NCBI GenBank assembly: GCA_963707215.1
Contig: CAVPPB010000003.1
Coordinates: 640,001-704,000, forward strand
Origin: an uncultured Chloroflexia bacterium
GTDB taxonomy: Bacteria; Chloroflexota; Limnocylindria; Limnocylindrales; CSP1-4
DNA: 64,000 nt
Direction of reading: 5' to 3'
Part shown: positions 10,864 through 24,476 of the stretch, one piece after another
How the letters are laid out: the number at the start of each line of letters is the position of its first letter
Numbering within the stretch: the stretch's first letter is position 1
Position numbers and translations under genes: made by a program
Notes under the pieces: generated by a model
Database searches by the model: none
What the model was told of the DNA's origin: nothing
Seen by the model: the letters and a program-made list of their open reading frames with translations, nothing else

Positions 10864-13338
10864 CTAGCGGGCTTCGACCGGGGTCTTCGACTCGGCCGCG
10901 CGGATGTCGAGCCCACCCTCCGGGTCGCGGTCGACGACGATCGTCGTCCCGGCCTCGTACCTCCCGAGCAGCAGGTGCTCGGCAAGGACGTCCTCGATCA
11001 GGTTCTGGATGACCCGGCGGAGCGGCCGGGCCCCGTAGCCCGGGTCGTAGCCGAGCTTGATCAGGTGGTCCTTGGCGTCGCCCGTGACCTCGAGCGCCAT
11101 GTCCTGGGCCTTGAGCTGGTCGCGAACGCGGGCCAGCATCAGGTCGACGATCTGGCGGATCTCGTCCTGGGTGAGGCTTCGGAAGACGACGGTCGCGTCG
11201 ATGCGGTTGAGGAACTCCGGACGGAAGCTCGACTTGAGCTCGGCCTGGACCTTTTCACGCATCAGCTCGTAGCTCGATTCCTGGCGGCCCGCGGCGGTGT
11301 CAGCCTGGGGTCGGAATCCGAGCGCGCTGTTGGTCTGGAGCTGTCGGGCCCCCAGGTTCGAGGTCATGATGATGATGGTGTTCCGGAAGTCGACCCGCCT
11401 CCCCTTGGCGTCGGTCAGCTGGCCATCCTCCAGGATCTGAAGGAGGATGTTGAACACCTCCGGGTGGGCCTTCTCGACCTCGTCGAGCAGGACCACCGCA
11501 TAGCTCTTGCGGCGGACCGCCTCGGTCAGCTGGCCGCCCTCGTCGAAGCCGACGTAGCCGGGTGGTGCGCCGACCAGGCGACTCACGTTGTGGCGCTCCA
11601 TGAACTCGCTCATGTCGATCTTGATGAGCGAGTCCTCGGATCCGAACATGTACTCGGCGAGCGCCTTGGCCAGCTCGGTCTTCCCTACCCCGGTCGGGCC
11701 CAGGAAGATGAACGAGCCGATCGGGCGCTTCGGATCCTTGAGACCGGCCCGGGCCCGGCGGACGGCCTTCGAGATCGTCTCGATCGCCTCCTGCTGACCG
11801 ATGACCCGGTTGTGGAGCTCGTCTTCCATGTGGAGCAGGCGCTCCGACTCCTCCTCGGCGATCCTGGTGACGGGGATCCCGGTCCACATGGCGACGACCT
11901 GGGCGATCTCCTCCCCATCGACGTCGGGGGTCTCTCCTGCCAGCGACGACTGCCATGTTTCGCGGAGGCCGTCGACCCGGTCCTTGGCGTCGGTCTCGCG
12001 CTCGCGGAGCGTGGCTGCCTGCTCGTACTCCTGGGCGTTGATCGCCTCGTCCTTCTCCTTGGTGACCCGGTCGAGCTCGCGCTGCGCCTCGCGTAGCTCA
12101 GGCGGGGCGGACGAGTGGCGGAGTCGGACACGGCTGGCGGCCTCGTCGATGAGGTCGATCGCCTTGTCCGGCAAGTGCCGATCGGTGATGTAGCGGATCG
12201 AGAGGTCAGCCGCGGACCGGACCGCATCGTCGGTGATCCGGACCTTGTGATGCTCCTCGTAGCGCTCGCGGATGCCCAGAAGGATCTCGATCGTCTGCTC
12301 GAGGGTCGGCTCCTCGACCATGACCGGCTGGAATCGCCGCTCGAGCGCAGCGTCACGCTCGATGTACTTGCGGAACTCGTCCAGGGTCGTGGCCCCGATG
12401 CACTGCAGCTCACCGCGCGAGAGCGGCGGCTTGAGGATGTTGGCTGCATCGATGGCCCCTTCGGCGGCACCCGCACCGACGAGCGTGTGGAGCTCGTCGA
12501 TGAAGAGGATGGCGTCGTTGGTGCTGCGGAGCTCCTCGATGATCTTCTTGAGGCGCTCCTCGAACTCGCCGCGGTACTTCGTGCCGGCCACAAGCGAGCC
12601 GATGTCGAGGGTCAGCACCCGCTTGTTGGCGATGATCTCCGGAACGTCGCCGGTCACGATCCGGTGGGCCAGGCCCTCGGCGATGGCGGTCTTGCCGACA
12701 CCGGGCTCACCGATCAGGGCGGGGTTGTTCTTGGTCTTCCGGCCGAGGATCTGGATGACCCGCTCGATCTCCTTCTCCCGGCCGATGACCGGGTCCAACT
12801 TGCCGGCCCGGGCGGCGTCCGTCAGGTTGATACCCAGTTGGTCGACCGTGGGGGTCTTGCTCGCCCGCTTCGACTCCTGGGCCGGGGCCGCGGAGGAACT
12901 CTGCGAGAGGACCCGGATGACCTCGTGACGGACCTTGTCGAGGTTGACGCCGAGCGACTCCAGCACGCCGGCGGCGATCCCCTCGCCCTCGCGCACGAGG
13001 CCCAGGAGGAGATGCTCCGTGCCGATGTAGTTGTGCCCGAGGCGCCGGGCCTCGTCGATCGCGAGCTCGATGACGCGCTTCGCCCGGGGGGTGAGGCCGA
13101 CCTCGCCGACGACGGGGCGATCGCCCCGGCCGATGATGAACTCGACGGCCGTCCGGACCTTGGGCAGCTCCACGTTCATGTTCTCGAGGACGCGCGCGGC
13201 GACGCCCTCCCCCTCGCGCACGAGCCCGAGGAGGAGATGCTCGGTACCGATGTAGTTGTGGTTGAACCGCTGCGCCTCGTCCTGAGCCAGGGTCAGGACC
13301 TTGCGCGCGCGATCCGTGAACTTGTCGAACCGATCCAT
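10864..13338 (-). CDS. clpC: ATP-dependent Clp protease ATPase ClpC
   Basis: Double Clp-N repeats, two Walker A motifs ([16 protein letters not shown]), UVR-type middle domain, LGF loop. Confidence 0.97.
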   Translation of the reverse strand: MDRFDKFTDRARKVLTLAQDEAQRFNHNYIGTEHLLLGLVREGEGVAARVLENMNVELPKVRTAVEFIIGRGDRPVVGEVGLTPRAKRVIELAIDEARRLGHNYIGTEHLLLGLVREGEGIAAGVLESLGVNLDKVRHEVIRVLSQSSSAAPAQESKRASKTPTVDQLGINLTDAARAGKLDPVIGREKEIERVIQILGRKTKNNPALIGEPGVGKTAIAEGLAHRIVTGDVPEIIANKRVLTLDIGSLVAGTKYRGEFEERLKKIIEELRSTNDAILFIDELHTLVGAGAAEGAIDAANILKPPLSRGELQCIGATTLDEFRKYIERDAALERRFQPVMVEEPTLEQTIEILLGIRERYEEHHKVRITDDAVRSAADLSIRYITDRHLPDKAIDLIDEAASRVRLRHSSAPPELREAQRELDRVTKEKDEAINAQEYEQAATLRERETDAKDRVDGLRETWQSSLAGETPDVDGEEIAQVVAMWTGIPVTRIAEEESERLLHMEDELHNRVIGQQEAIETISKAVRRARAGLKDPKRPIGSFIFLGPTGVGKTELAKALAEYMFGSEDSLIKIDMSEFMERHNVSRLVGAPPGYVGFDEGGQLTEAVRRKSYAVVLLDEVEKAHPEVFNILLQILEDGQLTDAKGRRVDFRNTIIIMTSNLGARQLQTNSALGFRPQADTAAGRQESSYELMREKVQAELKSSFRPEFLNRIDATVVFRSLTQDEIRQIVDLMLARVRDQLKAQDMALEVTGDAKDHLIKLGYDPGYGARPLRRVIQNLIEDVLAEHLLLGRYEAGTTIVVDRDPEGGLDIRAAESKTPVEAR

Positions 13339-13486
13339 CGGGCCGATCGCTCTTCCTCTCTGTGGCCGGATGCCACCCGGACGGCCATGCTAGCACGACC
13401 TTCCTGCGTGAACGCTCGCCGGCTGGACCCTCGAGTCGGCTGCGTCCGCCACCCCTAGATACGCACCAGGAGGCGCCGGAGATGCA

Positions 13487-13518
13487 GAACGGCCCGCCGG
13501 GATCCCGGCGGGCCGTTC
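13487..13518. terminator. Perfect 32-bp palindrome downstream of rpsA (terminator hairpin)
   Basis: GAACGGCCCGCCGGGA|TCCCGGCGGGCCGTTC, 12 nt after rpsA stop. Confidence 0.75.
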
Positions 13519-13530
13519 CTGTCTGATGGG

Positions 13531-15669
13531 TCAGGCCTTGTCGGCTTCCTCGGCGGCAGCCTCGGTGACGACCTCCTCGGCGACCGCTGCCTCGACCGTC
13601 TCGGCGGCTTCCTCGGCGGCAGCCTCGGTGACGACCTCCTCGGCGACCGCTGCCTCGACCGTCTCGGCGGCTTCCTCGGCGGCAGCCTCGGTGACGACCT
13701 CCTCGGCGACCGCTGCCTCGACCGTCTCGGCGGCTTCCTCGGCGGCAGCCTCGGTGACGACCTCCTCGGCGACCGCTGCCTCGACCGTCTCGGCGGCTTC
13801 CTCGGCGGCAGCCTCGGTGACGACCTCCTCGGCGACCGCTGCCTCGACCGTCTCGGCGGCTTCCTCGGTGACGACCTCCTCGGCGACCGCTGCCTCGACC
13901 GTCTCGGCGGCTTCCTCGGCGGCAGCCTCGGTGCCTTCGGCAGCAGCCTCGCCCCCTTCGGCAGCAGCCTCGCCCCCTTCGGCAGCAGCCTCGAGCTGCT
14001 GTCGTACCTGGGCGAAGGCGGCTGCGAGCGTGTTGTCGATCCCGCCCTCTGGCTCCTGGACGGCGTCGGCCATCGAGTAGCTGCGGTCTCGCTCGCGTCG
14101 CTCGCGCCGCTCCGGGCGGGGTGCGCCCGGCTCGGCCGCCGGCCTGGCCGGCGGGGCCTCGGCCTGCTTGAGGCTCAGGCCCAGGCGATGTCGCTCGGAA
14201 TCGAGGCTGATGATCTTCAGATTGAGCTGCTGGCCCTCGTGGACCACGTCACCCGGATGGGCGACGCGCTGATGGCTCAGCTCGCTGATGTGGATGAGGC
14301 CCTCGAGCCCATCTCGTACGCGGACGAACGCTCCGAAGTTGACGAGCTTCGTCACGGTCCCGTCGATGACGTCGCCCACCTTGAAGTCGGCGACCGTGGA
14401 CTCCCACGGGTCGGGCATCAGGCGCCGGATCGACAGGCTGATCCGGCCTCGCTCGTGGTTGATGTCGATGACCTCGGCCTCGACCTCCTCGCCGACCTTG
14501 TAGCCGGCCTCGGGGTTGTTGACCTTGTTCCACGACAGCTCGCTCTTGTGGACGAGACCATCGATGCCGCCGAGGTCGATGAAGACACCGAAGGGCGCGA
14601 TGGACCGGACGGTACCCTTCACCTTCTGGCCGACCTGCAGACTGCTGAAGAGCTCGTCGCGCTTCTCGCGCCGCTCCTCGTAGAGCGCCACCTTCTCGGA
14701 CAGGATCAGGCGGTTGGCCTTCCGGTTGACCTCCAGGATCTTCAGGCGCAGCTTGCGGCCGACGTACGGCTGCAGCTTCTCGGCGATCTCCTGGGCCGCG
14801 TCACGAGGCTGATCGTTCTGGGGCCGGCGCGGGAAGTCGACGATCTGGCTGATCGGCACGAAGCCCCGGATGCCGCAGTCGACGATAAGGCCACCCTTGT
14901 TGTGGTCGATCACGGGCGCCTCGATGATGACGCCAGCGTCGAACTGCTCTTGCATCCCGCGCCACTTGCGCTCGAGGCCGGCGCGGCGCAGGGACAGGAC
15001 GGCGTGACCCTCGGGGGACTCAGGCTGCAGGACGTAGACCAGCACGGTGTCGCCGATGGCGAGGGTCGGCTGGGTCTCCGCATTACGGCCATAGAGCTCA
15101 CGATTCGAGACGACGCCCTCGCTCTTCGCGCCGATATCGACGAGGATCTCGTCCTTGTCGATGCGGACGACCTTGCCCTCGACGACGTCGCCGTGCTTGA
15201 AGCTCTTGATCTCGGTCGCTTCCTGGGCGAGCAGCTCCTCCATCGTCGTGGGCTCGGGGCCCTCGTAGCGCACGGGCGCAGGCGCCTCCTGGACCGATCC
15301 GCCCTCGACGGACTCGCCCTCGGCAGACTCGCCGGCTTCGCCGCCCGCCGGCGCTTCTGGCTGAGCCGCGGTCTCCGGCCCGGCCTCCGCCGCTACCTCA
15401 GGTTCGACCTCGGCCGCTGCCTCCGTGATCGCCTCCGCGGGCGGCTCGACGACCGCTTCCGGTTCGGCGTCGACCTCCGCTGCCTCGCCCTCTGCGGGCT
15501 TCGCCTCGTCAGTCTTCGCGGCTTCGGCCTCCGGGGCCTCCTGGATCGTCGTCTGGTCGGCGGGATCGTCGGCGACCGCGGTGGTCGCGACGCCATCCTC
15601 GGGTGCCGGGTCGGCGGCGGCGGTCGCCTCCGCCTGCGGCTCGGTCCCGCCCTGCTGCTCTTCCGTCAA
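13531..15669 (-). CDS. rpsA: 30S ribosomal protein S1 (4 S1 domains) with acidic N- and C-terminal extensions
   Basis: VDIGAKSEG, GFVPISQ, DGLVHKSELSW, EGLIHISELS; TTG start with AGGAG SD. Confidence 0.95.
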   Translation of the reverse strand: MTEEQQGGTEPQAEATAAADPAPEDGVATTAVADDPADQTTIQEAPEAEAAKTDEAKPAEGEAAEVDAEPEAVVEPPAEAITEAAAEVEPEVAAEAGPETAAQPEAPAGGEAGESAEGESVEGGSVQEAPAPVRYEGPEPTTMEELLAQEATEIKSFKHGDVVEGKVVRIDKDEILVDIGAKSEGVVSNRELYGRNAETQPTLAIGDTVLVYVLQPESPEGHAVLSLRRAGLERKWRGMQEQFDAGVIIEAPVIDHNKGGLIVDCGIRGFVPISQIVDFPRRPQNDQPRDAAQEIAEKLQPYVGRKLRLKILEVNRKANRLILSEKVALYEERREKRDELFSSLQVGQKVKGTVRSIAPFGVFIDLGGIDGLVHKSELSWNKVNNPEAGYKVGEEVEAEVIDINHERGRISLSIRRLMPDPWESTVADFKVGDVIDGTVTKLVNFGAFVRVRDGLEGLIHISELSHQRVAHPGDVVHEGQQLNLKIISLDSERHRLGLSLKQAEAPPARPAAEPGAPRPERRERRERDRSYSMADAVQEPEGGIDNTLAAAFAQVRQQLEAAAEGGEAAAEGGEAAAEGTEAAAEEAAETVEAAVAEEVVTEEAAETVEAAVAEEVVTEAAAEEAAETVEAAVAEEVVTEAAAEEAAETVEAAVAEEVVTEAAAEEAAETVEAAVAEEVVTEAAAEEAAETVEAAVAEEVVTEAAAEEADKA
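13543..13993. repeat. 63-bp tandem repeat (5 perfect copies, one copy lacking 12 nt, one partial) followed by 21-bp repeats in the rpsA 3' end
   Basis: Units start at 13543, 13606, 13669, 13732, 13795 and 13858; they encode EEAAETVEAAVAEEVVTEAAA, then EAAAEGG repeats. Confidence 0.95.
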
Positions 15670-15879
15670 GTCTTGTCTCCTGTTCCGATGGAGCTCCCCG
15701 AGACACGACGAACGGCCCGAGCGACGCTCGAGCCGTACCGGCTGCTTCGGCGTGGTCCGTGGTTGGTCGGGCCCTGGGCCGCACCTCCGTGTGCTGGACG
15801 TCGAGCTTGCTCTTCAGCTGTCGTGCCCGAAGGCCGGCCGAGTCTAGCACGGCACCCAGCGTGCGACAATCCGTCCGCC

Positions 15880-16755
15880 GTGCCAGAGTTGCCCGACCTC
15901 GCCGTCGTCGCGGAGGCCTTCCACGCGGCCCTGACCGGACGACCGGTCGTCGATGCGTCCGCGCTGGCGCCCCTGACGGTGCGCGCCACGCCCGATGAGA
16001 TCGCCGGACTGGCCGCTCGCCGACTGTCCGGCATCCGGCGACGGGGCAAGTTCCTCGTCTTCGATCTGGATGGGCACCTGGTGGTGGTGAGCCCGATGCT
16101 GACCGGCCGGTTCCAGCTCGCCCCGCCCGGAAGCCGCCTGCCAGCCAAGACCGCATTCGTGCTGCGGTTCGGCTCCCGGAGACGACCGGCGCCGGACACC
16201 GCCCCATGGACGGTGGGCGCCGACTGGATGCCTGCGCACGCTGACGAGACCGAGGTCCGTTTCCGCGACCCGACCCAGATGGGGAAGGTCTACCTGGTTC
16301 CCGCGGGATCGGCCCGCGCTGTACCAGGCCTGACGGACGAGGGGCTCGGTCCGGACGCTGATGATCCGGCCGTTACGCTGGACGTCTGGCGGCAGCGGAT
16401 CGGTCGCCATCGCGGCGAGCTGAAGAACCTCCTCCGCAACCAGGCATTCGTCGCCGGCATCGGCAACGCCTACTCGGACGAGATCCTCCATGCGGCAGGC
16501 ATCCTGCCATTCCGCCGTCGATCGACCCTCTCGGACGATGAGACGGCGGCGCTATTCGCTGCGACCGGCCGCATCCTCGAGGAGGCCAAGGAGACCCTCC
16601 GCCAGAGGGTCCCACCGACCTTCGAGCACCAGGTGCGCGACTTCCTTGCGGTCCACGGGCATCCGGGCGAACCGTGTCCGCGCTGCGGCACGCGAATCAG
16701 CGAGGTCGCCCCGGGGGGCGTCGCCACCGACTTCTGCCGGGGCTGCCAACGCTGA
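15880..16755 (+). CDS. Fpg/Nei family DNA glycosylase
   Basis: GTG-PELPD N-terminus, RRGKF, H2TH GIGNAYSDEIL, C-terminal CPRC..CRGC zinc finger. Confidence 0.9.
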   Translation: MPELPDLAVVAEAFHAALTGRPVVDASALAPLTVRATPDEIAGLAARRLSGIRRRGKFLVFDLDGHLVVVSPMLTGRFQLAPPGSRLPAKTAFVLRFGSRRRPAPDTAPWTVGADWMPAHADETEVRFRDPTQMGKVYLVPAGSARAVPGLTDEGLGPDADDPAVTLDVWRQRIGRHRGELKNLLRNQAFVAGIGNAYSDEILHAAGILPFRRRSTLSDDETAALFAATGRILEEAKETLRQRVPPTFEHQVRDFLAVHGHPGEPCPRCGTRISEVAPGGVATDFCRGCQR

Positions 16756-16819
16756 CGATCGAGCTTCGGGCCGTGGAGTCACTCGGGACCGATCGCCTGC
16801 TGACGGCGACCCGGGCCGG

Positions 16820-17335
16820 TCAGCCCGAGCGGGCGATGAGCAGGAGGACGAAGGCGACGGCCATGAGCGCCACGAGAGCGATCTGGCCGAGCGAGCGCAT
16901 CCGCGGGCTCCCGAGGATCGCCGGGCGGCCCCGCTCGATGAGGACCGGGGCCGTGCGCGGAAAGGGCCACCGGTGCCCGCTGCGGACCGCCCGGCCGCTG
17001 CGGCCATGGTCGTCCTCAAGGGCCGGCACGAGTGCGCGCCGGGCGGCCAGGTACGTCGAGCACTCGCGATGGCTGGCCACGAGGCAGAGCCGTCGCTGCT
17101 TCTCGGTCGAGAGCGGCGCCGGGGGATCGACGGCCGCACATCGGTGCTCCCGGGATGCGCCGATGGCCCGCCAGTCGCCCCCTCGACCGACCACGTACGG
17201 GCAGAGGCGCCTGGGCGCGGCGGCCTCCGGGGCCGCGGTACTCCCAGCCGACGATCCGGGCGGCGTGTGATCGGCGTCCCGTGGGGGGCCCGGGTCGACG
17301 CCCGACCCTCCAGGCACCGGCTCCTCGATCGTCAT
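16820..17335 (-). CDS. Hypothetical protein with Cys/His cluster and C-terminal TM helix
   Basis: CPY...HRC...C...H..C..Y pattern and hydrophobic C-terminus; -10 TATCCT 7 nt before ATG suggests a leaderless start. Confidence 0.65.
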   Translation of the reverse strand: MTIEEPVPGGSGVDPGPPRDADHTPPGSSAGSTAAPEAAAPRRLCPYVVGRGGDWRAIGASREHRCAAVDPPAPLSTEKQRRLCLVASHRECSTYLAARRALVPALEDDHGRSGRAVRSGHRWPFPRTAPVLIERGRPAILGSPRMRSLGQIALVALMAVAFVLLLIARSG

Positions 17336-17409
17336 GGCGTCGAGGATACCGGCCATGGCCCGCGGTCGCCGGGGCGTGGTCCTGGGCAGGACCCTAGGAA
17401 CGGAAAAGA

Positions 17410-17527
<118 letters not shown>

Positions 17528-17671
17528 TCTCCGTGTGGTGGTACGTGCACGCCGGCAGCGCGCCGGCGCCATGCGATGACGCCGGGGCCGCTCGAACGAT
17601 CTGTCTTCGATCTCGCTGTGGTTCCTGGGTCCGATCCGGACCAGCCGCTGAACCCTGGTCAGCTGCTGAAG

Positions 17672-20741
<3,070 letters not shown>

Positions 20742-20865
20742 CCTCCAGCATCTGACCAGGCGGTCAGCGGCTGATCGAGGTCCGGGATCGTTCTCCTTAG
20801 AACCACTCGGCGAAATCGAAGACAGATATATCGATCGTTTCGATTGCCGATTCACACGTATCCAC

Positions 20866-20878
20866 TTTGAAAGGTGCA
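20866..20878 (-). promoter_or_regulatory. Spacer boxA-like antitermination element
   Basis: TGCACCTTTCAAA in the ITS, matching leader copy TGCACCTTAACA. Confidence 0.6.
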
Positions 20879-21052
20879 GCGTCCCTCGACCGAGGTCGGG
20901 AGACGACTTCGTCCGATAGCGGACGACGGTCCCAGCGTTCTGCTGGCCCATGGCCTCGACATCGAAGGCGAGGACATGGGCCAGGGGATCGCCGGGCAGA
21001 AGATGAACGATTGATGTCTCTTCGTCCGTTCGGGCCGGGTCGCCCAGCAGGG

Positions 21053-21128
21053 TGGTGGAGACGAGGAGACTCGAACTCCTGACCCTCTCCTTGCAAAGGA
21101 GATGCTCTACCAGCTGAGCTACGTCCCC
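21053..21128 (-). tRNA. tRNA-Ala(TGC)
   Basis: GGGGACG acceptor with G3.U70, loop TT-TGC-AA, CCA. Confidence 0.98.
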
Positions 21129-21149
21129 GAGCGACGCGGACGAGGGCGA

Positions 21150-21226
21150 TGGTGGGCGTTTCTGGACTCGAACCAGAGACCTCTGCCTTATCAGGGCAGT
21201 GCTCTAACCAGCTGAGCTAAACGCCC
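21150..21226 (-). tRNA. tRNA-Ile(GAT)
   Basis: GGGCGTT/AACGCCC acceptor, loop CT-GAT-AA, CCA. Confidence 0.98.
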
Positions 21227-21481
21227 GCCGGGCTGCAGCGATGGCGATCGGCATGGCCGACGCCCCGGGGCTGCATCCTTAACCCTTGAAGAGTGGCAGG
21301 AACTCGCGGCAACGATCATTGCGAGCGGGTTACGGTGTCTCGCCAGGTCACCTTCCGGTCTCACCGAGCCCGAAGGCCCGCTGCATCGCTCACCTGGCGG
21401 GAGCGACGAACGACCGGGGTGATCAACCTGGGAGCCATCAACGCCGAGACCTCACCGTTATGGCCTCGACTCGGATCTCCC

Positions 21482-22984
<1,503 letters not shown>

Positions 22985-23050
22985 AACCACGACCTTGCGG
23001 TCGTGATCGTTTCGAGGGTCTGACCACTCGCTCCGATCCTTACCGGATTT

Positions 23051-23080
23051 CCTGCCACTCTTCAATTGTTAAGGTGCAGC
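23051..23080 (-). promoter_or_regulatory. rrn leader boxA / 16S processing stalk arm
   Basis: GCTGCACCTTAACAATTGAAGAGTGGCAGG, complementary to 21270-21300 downstream of 16S. Confidence 0.75.
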
Positions 23081-23116
23081 GTCAGGCACGCAGACACGCA
23101 CTGGCGCAGAGCCCTA

Positions 23117-23145
23117 ATGATGGACCGTTGGGGCACCCGTGTCAA
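23117..23145 (-). promoter_or_regulatory. rrn P2 promoter
   Basis: TTGACA-17 bp-CATCAT. Confidence 0.7.
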
Positions 23146-23214
23146 ACGACCTGGGGGCCTGGCCGGCCGGTGGGCCGGCCGCTCCGTCACCACGTGGCGA
23201 CGAGCCGACGCGGA

Positions 23215-23243
23215 ATGCTAGCGGCGACCTTGGAGGGTGTCAA
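23215..23243 (-). promoter_or_regulatory. rrn P1 promoter
   Basis: TTGACA-17 bp-TAGCAT. Confidence 0.75.
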
Positions 23244-23281
23244 ACCAGGTCATCAGACGCCGGGACCCAAGCCCTCGACCG

Positions 23282-23467
23282 TCAGATCGGGCTGGTCTCG
23301 ACGAGCAGGATGAAGGCGGCTCCGGAGACCCAGGAGAGGAGCGCCAGCTCGACGCTGGGATCCGCTCCCAGCAGCCCGACGGCGACCACGAAGACGAGCA
23401 GTCCCACCAGGGCGGCCGCCGCGGCCTTCACCAGCCTGAGGACGATCTCGAAGACGAGAGGGGTCAT
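23282..23467 (-). CDS. Small membrane protein (2 TM), coupled to recR
   Basis: ATGA overlap with recR stop; hydrophobic 61 aa; GC3-rich codons. Confidence 0.7.
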   Translation of the reverse strand: MTPLVFEIVLRLVKAAAAALVGLLVFVVAVGLLGADPSVELALLSWVSGAAFILLVETSPI

Positions 23468-24093
23468 CGATCGGTCCCCATCGCCCGGCGACCCTGGAGG
23501 GCGCGGATCAGGGTGACCTCGTCAGCGTACTCGAGGTCGCCGCCGACCGGGATGCCGCGGGCGATCCGGCTGATCGTCCCGACGCTCCCTTCGAGGCGTT
23601 CGGCGAGGTACATCGCGGTCGCCTCCCCTTCGAGGGTCGGATTGGTCGCCAGGATCACCTCGGCGACCTGGTGGCCGTCCCGCTGAGCCTCATCGACCCG
23701 GGCGAGCAACTCCCGGATGCGGAGCCGCTCGGGGCCGATACCGTCGAGCGGCGAGATCGCACCGTGGAGCACGTGGTAGCGACCCCGGAACTCGCCGGTC
23801 CGCTCGATCGCGAGGACATCGAGGGGCTCCTCGACGACGCAGAGGCGGGACTCGTCGCGGCCGGTATCGCGGCAGATCGGGCACGTCGGTGCGTCACTGA
23901 TGTTGAAGCAGATGTCGCAGAAGACGACCTCGTCTCGAACGGCCACCAGGGCAGCCGCGAGGGTCCGAGCCTCGGTATCGGGTGCTCGCAGCAGGTGATA
24001 GGTGAGCCGCTGGGCCGTCTTCGGGCCGATGCCAGGCAGGCGGGAGAAGGCCTCGATGAGCCGGGCGACCGGCTCGATCATCGGCGTCGCCAT
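23464..24093 (-). CDS. recR: Recombination mediator RecR
   Basis: LPGIGPKTAQR HhH, C4 zinc finger, Toprim domain, EGEATA. Confidence 0.97.
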   Translation of the reverse strand: MATPMIEPVARLIEAFSRLPGIGPKTAQRLTYHLLRAPDTEARTLAAALVAVRDEVVFCDICFNISDAPTCPICRDTGRDESRLCVVEEPLDVLAIERTGEFRGRYHVLHGAISPLDGIGPERLRIRELLARVDEAQRDGHQVAEVILATNPTLEGEATAMYLAERLEGSVGTISRIARGIPVGGDLEYADEVTLIRALQGRRAMGTDR

Positions 24094-24103
24094 GGTGGCC
24101 GGC

Positions 24104-24409
24104 TCAGATCCCGGGCAGGCGAAGCCCGCCGGTGACGGCCGACATCTTCGACTCGGCCAGCTCCCGGGAAGCCCGGAGCGCGTCGTTGACGGCGGCCACG
24201 ATCAGGTCCTGGAGCATCTCGGCGTCGTCGGGGTCGATCGCCGCGGGGTCGATCTCGACGGAGACCAGCTCCTGTTTGCCGGTCACCGTGGCCCGGACCA
24301 CCCCGCCCCCGGCGGAACCGTCGCAGGTCGCAGTCTCCAGCTCGGCCTGGATCCGCGCCATCTCCTGCTGCATCTGCTGGGCCATCCGCTGCAGGTTCGC
24401 CATGCTCAT
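24104..24409 (-). CDS. ybaB: YbaB/EbfC nucleoid-associated protein
   Basis: AQQMQ, SAGGGVV, DAEMLQDLIVAAVNDA; dnaX-ybaB-recR synteny. Confidence 0.94.
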   Translation of the reverse strand: MSMANLQRMAQQMQQEMARIQAELETATCDGSAGGGVVRATVTGKQELVSVEIDPAAIDPDDAEMLQDLIVAAVNDALRASRELAESKMSAVTGGLRLPGI

Positions 24410-24476
24410 GCTCGAGCGCTCCTTCGCTGGTGCTGGTCGGCCCAGTGTGCCGTAGGCCGCACGTCCCCGTCGTGAC

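Noticed and set aside
13543-13993. Regularly spaced repeats resembling a CRISPR array
   Set aside because: Units are contiguous and identical with no unique spacers, in frame within rpsA, and there are no cas genes in the window.
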